Shown here: positions 9,735-18,888 of the stretch, piece after piece
How positions within the stretch are numbered: position 1 is the first letter of the stretch
Layout: each line of letters begins with the position of its first letter
From: Thermoanaerobaculia bacterium
GTDB taxonomy: Bacteria; Acidobacteriota; Thermoanaerobaculia; Multivoradales; J023
Reading direction: 5' to 3'
Assembly (NCBI GenBank): GCA_030431255.1
Contig: JAUIJL010000034.1
Location: 5,909-69,908, forward strand
DNA: 64,000 bases
Position numbers and translations under genes: made by a program
Notes under the pieces: generated by a model
The model's input: only the letters and a program-made list of their open reading frames with translations
What the model was told of the DNA's origin: nothing
The model's database searches: none

Positions 9735-11084
9735 TTGAATTTAGATGCCCTCTACGCCGACCACCTTCAACAATTGGACCACTGGCTCGCGGATGCTCTG
9801 CAACGGGCCGGCCGAGCAGGATGCTCGGCGGACGCGGTCGTCTTCCACTCCGGACGACAATTGGAGTACCACCTAGACGATCGGCTCGTGATCTTTCAGC
9901 CTAACGGCCATTTTCGTCGCTGGGCGCCGCCTCTGAACGGACCGGAGCACGTGGTGTTGGCCCGTCCGGGTGCCAAGCCCATCGTCGTGCGAGTGCGACC
10001 CAAAGACTTTTGGTACGACACCTCTCCGACCCCGGAATCCCATTGGGAAGGTCACGTGGATCTGCACGAGGTGGAGCGTTTCGACCAAGTGCCGGACGTG
10101 CTCGGCAAGCTGGACCGAGTTGCCTTTTTTGGCGAGTGCGGGGAAGCGGCCGCGACCCTCGGCATCGATGCGTCGATGATCGAGCCGGAGGCCTTGCTCC
10201 TACCCTTGGATTGGCATCGGGCGACCAAAACCGACTACGAGGTGGCGCTGACCCGGGTAGCCTGTGAGGCGGCGGCCAAAGGTCACCTCGACGCCAAAGA
10301 GCGATTCCTGGCCGGGGCTGACGAGCGGCAGCTGCATTGGGGATTCCTACAGTCGACGGGGCATCTCGAGCACGAAATCCCTTACGAAACGATTGTGGCT
10401 CTCGATGCGAAGTCGGCCATTCTCCACTATCAATTCAAACGCGGACCCGAATACGGGCCTGGCAAGCTCTTGCTGCTCGACGCCGGAGCCGGCCATTGCG
10501 GTTATGCCGCCGACATCACCCGCACCTTCGTGCGTGACGACATCCATCCGGTGATGGCGCAGCTGAGGGATGCGGTCGACGCCATGGAGCGAGAGCTCGT
10601 GGCCATGGTGACGCCCGGGCGCTCCTATGTGGAGATCCATCTCGAGGCCCATCGCCAAATCGCCGGCATTCTCAACGAGCTCGGCGTGCTCAAGGTGTCG
10701 GCGGAGCAGGCTCTCGAATCGCGGTTGACCCGAACCTTCATGCCCCACGGAGTCGGTCATTTGATCGGTCTGCAAGTCCATGATGTGGGCGGTCATCAAG
10801 CGAGCCCCGAAGGCGGTGAGGCACCGCCGCCCGATAGTCATGTGCTGAGAAATACGCGCACCCTCGAGCCGGGGCATTTGGTCACCATCGAGCCGGGTGT
10901 GTATTTCATTCCCATGTTGCTCGAGCCTTTGCGCCGGGGATCCGATGCGAGCTCGGTGAATTGGTCGCTGGTGGACGAGCTCATCCCCTGCGGCGGGGTT
11001 CGGATCGAGGACAACGTGCTGTGCACCGAGGGTGAGCCCGATGATTTGACCCGTTGTCTGATCGAAGGCACCGACGGGGGCTGA
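9735..11084 (+). CDS. pepQ: Xaa-Pro dipeptidase (prolidase, M24B)
   Basis: DAGA...YAADITRT, PHGVGHLIGLQVHDVGG, TIEPGVYF and GGVRIEDN motifs; TTG start with GAGGTG RBS. Confidence 0.9.
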   Translation: MNLDALYADHLQQLDHWLADALQRAGRAGCSADAVVFHSGRQLEYHLDDRLVIFQPNGHFRRWAPPLNGPEHVVLARPGAKPIVVRVRPKDFWYDTSPTPESHWEGHVDLHEVERFDQVPDVLGKLDRVAFFGECGEAAATLGIDASMIEPEALLLPLDWHRATKTDYEVALTRVACEAAAKGHLDAKERFLAGADERQLHWGFLQSTGHLEHEIPYETIVALDAKSAILHYQFKRGPEYGPGKLLLLDAGAGHCGYAADITRTFVRDDIHPVMAQLRDAVDAMERELVAMVTPGRSYVEIHLEAHRQIAGILNELGVLKVSAEQALESRLTRTFMPHGVGHLIGLQVHDVGGHQASPEGGEAPPPDSHVLRNTRTLEPGHLVTIEPGVYFIPMLLEPLRRGSDASSVNWSLVDELIPCGGVRIEDNVLCTEGEPDDLTRCLIEGTDGG

Positions 11085-11225
11085 TCCTCCCCGATCCCGG
11101 TCTCGGCCCCGCTCGGCTCGTTGCGTGTGAAAACTCAGCGAGTTAAGATCTTTACTTCGAAAAAATTTGGTGGAGCGCAACGATCTTGGCGCTCGTTAAA
11201 TGCATGCCCGAGCCAGGAGACCGCA

Positions 11226-11603
11226 TTGTCGGGACAGAGAGTCTTCGTCGTGGACGACAACGAGATGGTGCGGGAGGTCGCTCGGGCTGTGCTCGAGGAT
11301 GCGGGCTTCCAGGTGGAGTGTTTCGGTAGCGGGTTCCAGCTGAACTCCGCGATTCGGGAGCAGCGCCCCGACCTCATCCTGCTCGACGTGATGATGCCCG
11401 CCCTCGGTGGCGAGAAAGTCGCCCAGATTCTCAAACGGTACGAATTCTCCAAGGACATTCCGGTGCTGCTCTATTCCGAGCTGCCGGAAGACGAGCTGCT
11501 TTCCCTCGTCCAGCTTATCGGCGCCGAAGGCTTTGTGCGCAAATCGTCGGCCACCATCGACCTAGCCGATCAAGTCAGCCACTACATCGCCCACTCTGTT
11601 TAG
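11226..11603 (+). CDS. Single-domain response regulator (CheY-like receiver)
   Basis: VVDD, LLDVMMP, YS and K receiver motifs. Start placed at TTG 11226 after an AGGAG RBS (the track starts at 11121). Confidence 0.85.
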   Translation: MSGQRVFVVDDNEMVREVARAVLEDAGFQVECFGSGFQLNSAIREQRPDLILLDVMMPALGGEKVAQILKRYEFSKDIPVLLYSELPEDELLSLVQLIGAEGFVRKSSATIDLADQVSHYIAHSV

Positions 11604-11669
11604 TAAGCCTTCCTCCGTGCAGAGCTGGGCCGACCCAGCGAGGCGTGCTTCGCTATTCGTCTAGTCTAG

Positions 11670-13496
11670 TTACCAGTCGAGTTGGACCCAAATGGGATCG
11701 TGATCGCTGGCTTGTAAGTTGGCCGCGCTTTCGGCGCAGCAGCGTACGATCACGATTTCCGCGTTTTCTTCCAACGACTCGCTCACCAGCACGTGGTCCA
11801 GGAGCAGGCTTTGGCCCTGGAATACGAAGGAGTATCGATCTCCGGCCGGCAAGCGTAGGGCCAGGTCGTGGAGCCGCCGGGCCGGGTCGTCGGAGTGGCT
11901 CAAGGTGAGCACCGGCGGTCGATCCGAGGTTTCGTTCAAGTCTCCCAGAACGATCACCCTAGCGTCGGCATTTCGCTCGAAGAGCTGATCGACCCAACGT
12001 CGCACGGCGGCGGCTTGCAGGGTGCGTTGGGCCTCGCTGTGTCGGACCGGTGGCTGAATCGCTCCGAAGAGTCGGTTGTCACGTCCTTTGGACCTCAAAT
12101 GCAAACCGACGGCGTAGATCTCCTCGCCTCGAAATCGAAATTGCCCCAAGAGGGGTCGCCGGGTATTGCTCCAGCCTTTGTCAGGGTCGACCCGAAACGC
12201 TGGATCGTCCAGCCGTTCGAGCCGCCCGGCCTCGACCCGCTCCGGGTTGAATAGGAATCCGACGCGGATATTGCCCCCGGGTCGTCCACCTTCTTGGTTG
12301 TCGATCGGATCCAAGGAATGGGCGCGGTATTCCGGGCCCCCGAGGGAGGAGATGGTCCGGATCAATCGCTCGTAGGTGGCCGCGGCGGTGACGATGCCGT
12401 CGTCGTCGGCGCCGGAGTCGTCCTGTACCTCCTGCACGCATAGGAGGTCCGGCGAGGCCAGCTCTTCGACGATCACTCTAGCCAGGCGGTCGAATTTTTC
12501 CTGGTCGTCTCGGGCCGAAAGATTCAGCAAGTTGAACGAGCCGACGGTGAGCTTCTGAGGATCCACGGTGAGCCGAGCCGCCGCTTCTCGATGGTTAGGG
12601 GTCGAGGCGGTGGCCTTTGGAAGAGGTTCCGTGGCCATCACCCGGAAGGTTCCGAACGCGTAGCTGACCACGCCCACCACGCTTTGGTCCGCGGCCCAGG
12701 CGTCGCCCACATTCAGATCGGGGATGGTCGAGCCGGCGTCACCGGTGACGATGAAGCGCTCGGGGTTGGCGTCGTCCGGGCCTTCCAGCAGGCCTTGGCG
12801 AGCGGTTCGAAGCGAGGCACCGGCACCCCGATCGACGACCACTGTCACCTCGCCGTATTTCGAGGTCGGGCCGACCACGAACGGAGCGGGGATTTCGATC
12901 CGCATGCCCTCCAGGCTTTCGAAGAAATCGATGCCGTCCCGGTCCGGTTGAAACTCCTGTAGACCGTCGTCGTCCACCACCGAATCGGGAACGGCTCGGC
13001 CGCGCTTGCCGACCCGTACCGGCTCCGGCAGAGGCACGTCCTCGGCTAGGACCTCGAAGCTGTCCAGCTCCAGGCAAGTGACCGGCAATTCCCCGCGTCC
13101 CGCCGGCTCCGTGATCCGTCCGACCAGCTGCAGCCGTTGACCGATGGCGAAGCCGTGCAGACCGCCCACCCGTTCTGTGGACACGCACAGGCCCTCGGAA
13201 GTGTGCTCGTCGGCATCCGGTTGCTCGCTCTGCACGAAAAACCAGCCGGGCCGTTCCACCAGGGCGGTCACCACGCCTTGGGTGCGGGCCCTCGTCCCCT
13301 CATGGGGAGATCGGTGATCGCGCCCTTGGATGTCGTGGATGTTGAGCTCGACGGCAGGCTCGGTCTCCGCCTCCTGGGGTTGAGTCGCGGGCTCCGGCGG
13401 CGCACCGCAAGCGAGCAGGCCGACAACGAGCAGGGCAGAAGTGGCAAGGGCTGAGAATCCGAGTCGAGCGCTTTGACCTTGGGGTGAGAGAAACAT
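11670..13496 (-). CDS. Extracellular endonuclease/exonuclease/phosphatase lipoprotein (ExeM/YhcR-like, OB-fold + EEP)
   Basis: Lipobox LLAC; IHDIQG, ESLEGM, SFNLLN, QEVQDD, GDLN, LDH and SDHDP motifs. Confidence 0.85.
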   Translation of the reverse strand: MFLSPQGQSARLGFSALATSALLVVGLLACGAPPEPATQPQEAETEPAVELNIHDIQGRDHRSPHEGTRARTQGVVTALVERPGWFFVQSEQPDADEHTSEGLCVSTERVGGLHGFAIGQRLQLVGRITEPAGRGELPVTCLELDSFEVLAEDVPLPEPVRVGKRGRAVPDSVVDDDGLQEFQPDRDGIDFFESLEGMRIEIPAPFVVGPTSKYGEVTVVVDRGAGASLRTARQGLLEGPDDANPERFIVTGDAGSTIPDLNVGDAWAADQSVVGVVSYAFGTFRVMATEPLPKATASTPNHREAAARLTVDPQKLTVGSFNLLNLSARDDQEKFDRLARVIVEELASPDLLCVQEVQDDSGADDDGIVTAAATYERLIRTISSLGGPEYRAHSLDPIDNQEGGRPGGNIRVGFLFNPERVEAGRLERLDDPAFRVDPDKGWSNTRRPLLGQFRFRGEEIYAVGLHLRSKGRDNRLFGAIQPPVRHSEAQRTLQAAAVRRWVDQLFERNADARVIVLGDLNETSDRPPVLTLSHSDDPARRLHDLALRLPAGDRYSFVFQGQSLLLDHVLVSESLEENAEIVIVRCCAESAANLQASDHDPIWVQLDW

Positions 13497-13568
13497 GGAA
13501 ATCCTCGAAAGTATCGCCGGAAGTGCGCCGCAACGCGTCAGAAGGCGGGTCTGCGTTATGCTAAACCC

Positions 13569-14627
13569 ATGACGACGTCCGCGGACACCCCCACGTTGCG
13601 CTCAGAGACGCGCGAGCAACCCTTGGACCAGCTGGGTCGAGGCATCAGCGACCTGCGCATCTCGGTCACGGATCGCTGCAATTTTCGTTGCACGTTCTGT
13701 ATGCCCGCCCACCAAAAATATAAATTTTTACCGCGACCACAGATTCTGACCTTCGAGGAAACGGAGCGATTGGCGCGCATCTTCGTGGGTTTGGGCGCAC
13801 GCAAGCTCCGCCTGACCGGCGGTGAGCCCTTGCTGCGGGCGGAAATCGAGACGCTGATTTCGAGGTTGGCGGCGATCGACGGGGTCGAGGACTTGGCACT
13901 GACCACCAACGCCTATTTGTTGGCGGATCGGGCGAAGGATCTGGTGGCGGCGGGTCTCGACCGGGTGACGGTCAGCTTGCATTCCCTGGATCCCGTCACT
14001 TTCGGACGCATCAACGGCTTGGATCTGCCCCTCGATCGAGTGCTTCAAGGCATCGACGCCGCGGTGGCCGCGGGCCTCGGTCCGGTGAAGCTGAATGTGG
14101 TAGTGATCCAAGGCACTAACGACCACGAGCTGCTCGACTTGGCGCGCTTCGGCCGCGACCACGGCTGTGTGGTCCGCTTCATCGAGTACATGGATGTGGG
14201 CACGGTCAATGCTTGGGATCCGGAAAAGGTGATCTCCGCACGCCAGATCGTCGAGCGGATCGGCGCGGAATGGCCCCTCGAAGCCGTCGACAAAGATCAC
14301 GCCGGTGAGGTCGCCGACCGTTATCGTTATGTCGACGGCGGCGGTGAGATCGGGGTCATCACCTCGGTCACCCAGCCCTTTTGCGGCGATTGCTCCCGGG
14401 CCCGCCTTTCCGCCGAGGGCAAGCTCTTCACCTGCCTGTTCAGCGCCGTCGGCCACGACTTGAAATCGCCCTTGCGAGCCGGCGAAAGCGATCAAGAGCT
14501 GGCGACCCGCATCCGGGAGATCTGGTCCCGTCGTACGGACCGCTACTCTGAGGAACGCACCGCCGCCCTGCGAGCCGGTCGATTCGTGCCGGCCGACAAG
14601 GTCGAAATGTTTCGGATTGGTGGTTAG
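13569..14627 (+). CDS. moaA: GTP 3',8-cyclase (molybdenum cofactor biosynthesis)
   Basis: CNFRCTFC radical SAM motif, LTGGEP, C-terminal CGDC...C cluster and terminal IGG. Confidence 0.97.
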   Translation: MTTSADTPTLRSETREQPLDQLGRGISDLRISVTDRCNFRCTFCMPAHQKYKFLPRPQILTFEETERLARIFVGLGARKLRLTGGEPLLRAEIETLISRLAAIDGVEDLALTTNAYLLADRAKDLVAAGLDRVTVSLHSLDPVTFGRINGLDLPLDRVLQGIDAAVAAGLGPVKLNVVVIQGTNDHELLDLARFGRDHGCVVRFIEYMDVGTVNAWDPEKVISARQIVERIGAEWPLEAVDKDHAGEVADRYRYVDGGGEIGVITSVTQPFCGDCSRARLSAEGKLFTCLFSAVGHDLKSPLRAGESDQELATRIREIWSRRTDRYSEERTAALRAGRFVPADKVEMFRIGG

Positions 14628-15013
14628 CCCAACCGGCTCACCAGGTCCTTGACCCGACGCTCGATGTCGTCGCGGACTTGGTTGAAGGCTTCGGGCTCCA
14701 TGTCCCTAGGGTCCGGTAGCCCCCAATCTTCCCGCAGCTCACCGGGCATCCACGGGCATTGGTCACCGCAACCCATGGTGATCACCGCGTCGAAGCTGTA
14801 TCCCCGCAGATCCTCCACCGATTTCGAGCCGTGGTTGGTGAGGTCGTAGTCTTTCTCTGCCATGGCGCGGATGGCTTTGGGATTCACCTTGCCCGAAGGG
14901 GCCGAGCCGGCGCTCCAAGCCTCGATCTTGTCCTCGCCCCAGATGCGGGCGAAGGCTTCGGCCATTTGGCTGCGATTCGAATTTTCCGTGCACAAGAAGA
15001 CGACTTTTTTCAC
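14624..15013 (-). CDS. arsC: Arsenate reductase / LMW protein-tyrosine-phosphatase family
   Basis: CTENSNRSQMAE P-loop (CX5R), TMGCGDQCP and WGLPDP. Confidence 0.85.
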   Translation of the reverse strand: MKKVVFLCTENSNRSQMAEAFARIWGEDKIEAWSAGSAPSGKVNPKAIRAMAEKDYDLTNHGSKSVEDLRGYSFDAVITMGCGDQCPWMPGELREDWGLPDPRDMEPEAFNQVRDDIERRVKDLVSRLG

Positions 15014-15052
15014 GCTGGATCTCCGTTTTTCACCTTGGATCTCCAGTCCGAG

Positions 15053-16453
15053 TCAGCGCACCACGTGCCAGCGGGTTTGACGGCCCGCCAGGTAGTAGAC
15101 CTTGTCGCCGTCGAAGAGGGCGCTCTGCTCCAATTTGATCTGAACCCAATGGCCGTCCCACTCCGGCACCTGCACCTTGACGTTACCTTCAATGGCGTAG
15201 CCGGTGTCGGCGTAGAGCGGCCAGTCGCCGCGCACGGGGGTTTTACCCTGGTTGTCCCACATGCCGATGGTCGGCCCAGGGGCGTGGCCGAAGACGCCGA
15301 GGGGATGGGTGTAAATGCTGTGTTGGATACCTTCGGCTTTAGCGGTCTCTTGGGCCGCGGCCAAGATCTCGTTGCCGGTGCGACCGGTGACGAAGGCGTC
15401 GGTCAAGAGGTCCTGCCAACGGTTGCCCACGGCTAGGGCTTTCACCAGACCTCCCGGCACATCGGCCTCGTCGAGCTTGGGCACGTAGGCCATCTCCTGG
15501 GTGTCGGTGCACAATCGTAGGTAGCAAATGCCGACATCCGTGTGCAGGACGTCCCCGGGTTGGATGATGCCCGAGGTCCCGCAGAAGGGGCTGTCGGGCT
15601 CGCAATCCTTGTCCGGTCGTTGCAGGTTGACGTCGGGCATGAACCAAATCGGCAGCTCGAGCTCGGTAAAACGTTGACGGATGAACCACCGCACATCGTC
15701 CGTGGTGGTGGCTCCCGGGGTGATCACCCGCGACGAGAACGCCTCGCTGATGACACCGCGCGCCAGGGCGACGATTTGCGGATAAACCGCGATCTCCGGC
15801 TCCGTCCGGGTTTCGAACCAACGCACCACCAGCTCCTCGGCCGACACCACCCGCTGCTTGAGAGAATCGTCGAGCACTTCCATCAGCCGTTCGTGCAGGC
15901 CGTGGGTCAATCCGTCGGCCACCGGCCAGTGTCGGGAGACGTTGATGCCGATCTTCTTCGGCTGCCGTTCCTTGATCAGCTCCCCCAAAGCTTTCCATTG
16001 GGCTTCCAAATCCCCACCGGCCCAGGCGGATTCGTAGAGGGTGCCCAAGGGGTAACGGTTCACCGTCAAGCGATCCACCCCGCCGTCCTCCCCGTCGCCG
16101 CGATCGTGGAAAACCAACATGGTGGTCCGACGGGCGGCGAACACCGGCTCCGGGGCAAGGCTGAAAAACACCGGATCCTCGGCATATTCGCGATTGATCA
16201 CCAACCACATATCGATACCGGTCTCGCGCATCAGCCGGGGTAAAAGCTCTTCGAGCCGATGCTCCAAGATCCGATTGACCGGCTCCACCCGCCGGCGCTC
16301 GGGCAATACCGCGCCGGGGCCGTGCAGCACCCGACCCTGATCCCAAGGAACTTCTGGATCCGAAGGAGCTTCCGCCTGCGCGGTACCCACCACGCACAAC
16401 AAGCTCAGGCAGAGGGAGAGAAGACAGATCCTGAAAACGGGACGATCGGTCAT
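15053..16453 (-). CDS. Secreted M24-family metallopeptidase
   Basis: Signal peptide; GDVLHTDVGI...TDTQE, HPLGVFGH and IE...E metal ligands. Confidence 0.8.
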   Translation of the reverse strand: MTDRPVFRICLLSLCLSLLCVVGTAQAEAPSDPEVPWDQGRVLHGPGAVLPERRRVEPVNRILEHRLEELLPRLMRETGIDMWLVINREYAEDPVFFSLAPEPVFAARRTTMLVFHDRGDGEDGGVDRLTVNRYPLGTLYESAWAGGDLEAQWKALGELIKERQPKKIGINVSRHWPVADGLTHGLHERLMEVLDDSLKQRVVSAEELVVRWFETRTEPEIAVYPQIVALARGVISEAFSSRVITPGATTTDDVRWFIRQRFTELELPIWFMPDVNLQRPDKDCEPDSPFCGTSGIIQPGDVLHTDVGICYLRLCTDTQEMAYVPKLDEADVPGGLVKALAVGNRWQDLLTDAFVTGRTGNEILAAAQETAKAEGIQHSIYTHPLGVFGHAPGPTIGMWDNQGKTPVRGDWPLYADTGYAIEGNVKVQVPEWDGHWVQIKLEQSALFDGDKVYYLAGRQTRWHVVR

Positions 16454-16809
16454 GGTGGTACCTCGAATATTTCAATCGTTGATGGCGGGTTTCGGAGCAG
16501 CCGGATACTAACAGCCACGGGTAGCGTCTCCTGCCTCTCGAGACGAAGCGGGTGAATCGTCCGGGTTGGGCGACGCAGGCCGTCTGCCGGGTGGTCCCTC
16601 GGGGTGAGCTCTCCGTGTCAAGGAGTTGGGGATCTGCGGCACGGGGCCTGTGATTCGTACCCGTTGGAGATACAGTAAGGGCGTCACAATATTTGCGGAT
16701 TTTTCTCATGTGGTTGTCTCGCTGCGGTCTGATGAGCCTTCGGGTGCGGAAGCACTCGCCGGTGATCACGGGCCGGATCGCGTCTACTGAATCCTGAAAG
16801 GACGTCCTC

Positions 16810-18888
16810 ATGGCTCGAGGCTCGTTTCGATGCATTCGCTCCGCCCTGCGTCCCACCCTGCGTTCCTCCGTACGTTCCACCCTGTGTCGGCTCCGTCCCT
16901 TTCTCAGCTCATCTCACCCCGTATCGACTCTGCTGATCTTGCTCGCCATGGTGGCAGTGCCTCGATGGACCGAGGCCCAGGCTGCTGAAAACACCGAGAT
17001 TTTCGGCGGCGAGGTGGAGGTTCGTTTGGTGGAGGTGGAGGTCCATGTTACCGATCGCAAGGGACATCCGCTGACCGGTCTCACCGTCGACGATTTCGAG
17101 CTCGAGGTCGACCGTGAAGAGCGGGAAATCGAGTTCTTCGAAGCCAAAACATCGGCTCGCCTCGCCGCCTCCGGCGACGGCGTGGTCGAGCGGAAGCCTC
17201 TTTTCTTGGCGGTGTATGTCGATCGTCGCTTCATCGAGCCCGGAGAGCTCGACAATGCACGCCCGATGTTGGAGCGCTTCCTGCTCGATCACTTGAAGAG
17301 CGAGGATCAGGTCTTGCTGGCCACCGCCGACGACGAGGGTTTGAGCGTGTTGCAGTCCTACACTGCGGATCGCCAAGCGGTGGTCGACCGCTTGGCCGGC
17401 CTCGACGGCAAACCCGGAGCCGGCCGATTGGCCGCGGCCATCGGCGCAGTGATGCGGGATTTGAATCAAGAGTTGCGGTTGCGCTCTACCTTGTCCATGT
17501 CGGCGGGCATCGATCCGGCCCCGCAGCTGGGCACCGATGGCGACGGTGGCGACCCGGACGGAGCTTCGGAGCGGGTTCAACGGCAGGGTGGGGATCCACG
17601 GGCGCTTCTGTCGCAAATCGACGGCTTCTCTAAGCGAGTCAATCAGGAGCTGGCGTCCGTTGCCGGCCAGCTCGGACAATTGGTGGGGTCGCTCTCGGGG
17701 CTGCCCGGCCGCAAGCAGGTGCTCTACGTCGGCGGCTCGTTGCCGGTGCGGGCTCCCCTCGACCTCTTCCAAGCCTGGCGGGACGTCTACGATCGCCCGT
17801 TTAACGATTCCGACTATTACCGCAGCAGTGAGCGGGAAGACGGCAACAACGAGCGCTTCATGCTCGACAACTTGGCGTCCAAGGGTCAATACATGGCCGG
17901 CATCGAGATGTTCGAGAATCTGGCCCGGGCCGCGAGCTCCGCCGACGTGGCCTTCAACACCATCAACGTCTCACCCGGGCGCAAGGCCCGTCGCCTGTTC
18001 TCGTCCGGCGCCGATGTGGAAGTCGGCTCGGGCGGCACTCACCAAAGCAACCTCTCCGCGGGCTCGGGCCGGGAGGTGGTCTCGGTGGACGACGGTTTGG
18101 AATCCCTCGCCTTGATCACCGGCGGGCGTCATACCTCGCGACTGAAGAAGCTCGACGACTACTTCTCGGGCTTAGCGAACGATCAGCAGACCCGCTACAT
18201 CCTGGGATTCACCCCTGATCCAAAGGCCGGTGAAAGCCAGAAGATCACGGTGAGCTTGAAGAAATCCAAGGATCGATCCGTGCGCCGGGCCAAGCTGCGA
18301 CACCGGACACATTTTTCGGTCAAGAGCAAAGTCATGGAGCTGGCGGAACGCACCCTTTCCCACCTGATGGTGGACTCCGCCACCGAGAATCCCTTGGGCA
18401 TCTCGGTGGAGGTCGGCGCTCCAGAGGCCAGGGCCGAGGATTGGCGCTTGCAGATCAAGATCATGGTGCCCCTTTCCGAGCTGGTGTTGGTGCCCGATCG
18501 GCGGAGCCATTCCGGTCAGCTGTCGATTTATGCCACCGCGGGTGGCCTCGGCCAAGGATTTGCCCCGATCATGCAAACCAAGGTGCCGGTCCGCCTGAGC
18601 AACAGCAATCTCTTGACCGCCATGGGTCGCCAGGCGGAGTACGAGCTCGACCTGAGGGTTCCGCGGGATCCCCAGCGGGTCTCGGTCACCGTACGCGACG
18701 AATATGGGCCGGTGGAATCCACGATCACCGCCGCGGTCGGTCTGCCGGAGTGGCTGCCCGAGGGTGATTCGGCGGCAGCCCCGGCGGACGGAGATCCGAA
18801 CCTTGACTCGAGCCAAGATGCCGCGACCGGCGAAACAGAAACATCCGCAACCACAGACGCCGCCACCCAGGAGGGCTCTCTCCCTTGA
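16810..18888 (+). CDS. Acidobacterial-type VWA-domain protein with degenerate MIDAS
   Basis: VEVRLVEVEVHVTDRKGHPLTGLTVDDF N-terminus; LPGRKQVLY; LALITGG...YILGF. DxSxS is replaced by DRRFI. Confidence 0.8.
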   Translation: MARGSFRCIRSALRPTLRSSVRSTLCRLRPFLSSSHPVSTLLILLAMVAVPRWTEAQAAENTEIFGGEVEVRLVEVEVHVTDRKGHPLTGLTVDDFELEVDREEREIEFFEAKTSARLAASGDGVVERKPLFLAVYVDRRFIEPGELDNARPMLERFLLDHLKSEDQVLLATADDEGLSVLQSYTADRQAVVDRLAGLDGKPGAGRLAAAIGAVMRDLNQELRLRSTLSMSAGIDPAPQLGTDGDGGDPDGASERVQRQGGDPRALLSQIDGFSKRVNQELASVAGQLGQLVGSLSGLPGRKQVLYVGGSLPVRAPLDLFQAWRDVYDRPFNDSDYYRSSEREDGNNERFMLDNLASKGQYMAGIEMFENLARAASSADVAFNTINVSPGRKARRLFSSGADVEVGSGGTHQSNLSAGSGREVVSVDDGLESLALITGGRHTSRLKKLDDYFSGLANDQQTRYILGFTPDPKAGESQKITVSLKKSKDRSVRRAKLRHRTHFSVKSKVMELAERTLSHLMVDSATENPLGISVEVGAPEARAEDWRLQIKIMVPLSELVLVPDRRSHSGQLSIYATAGGLGQGFAPIMQTKVPVRLSNSNLLTAMGRQAEYELDLRVPRDPQRVSVTVRDEYGPVESTITAAVGLPEWLPEGDSAAAPADGDPNLDSSQDAATGETETSATTDAATQEGSLP

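Noticed and set aside
14624-15013. Arsenic resistance operon
   Set aside because: arsC is alone, with no arsR, arsB or acr3 nearby; it appears co-transcribed with a peptidase.
16729-16752. Hammerhead-like CTGATGA followed by a UUCG hairpin
   Set aside because: The required GAAA after stem II is missing and stems I and III were not found.
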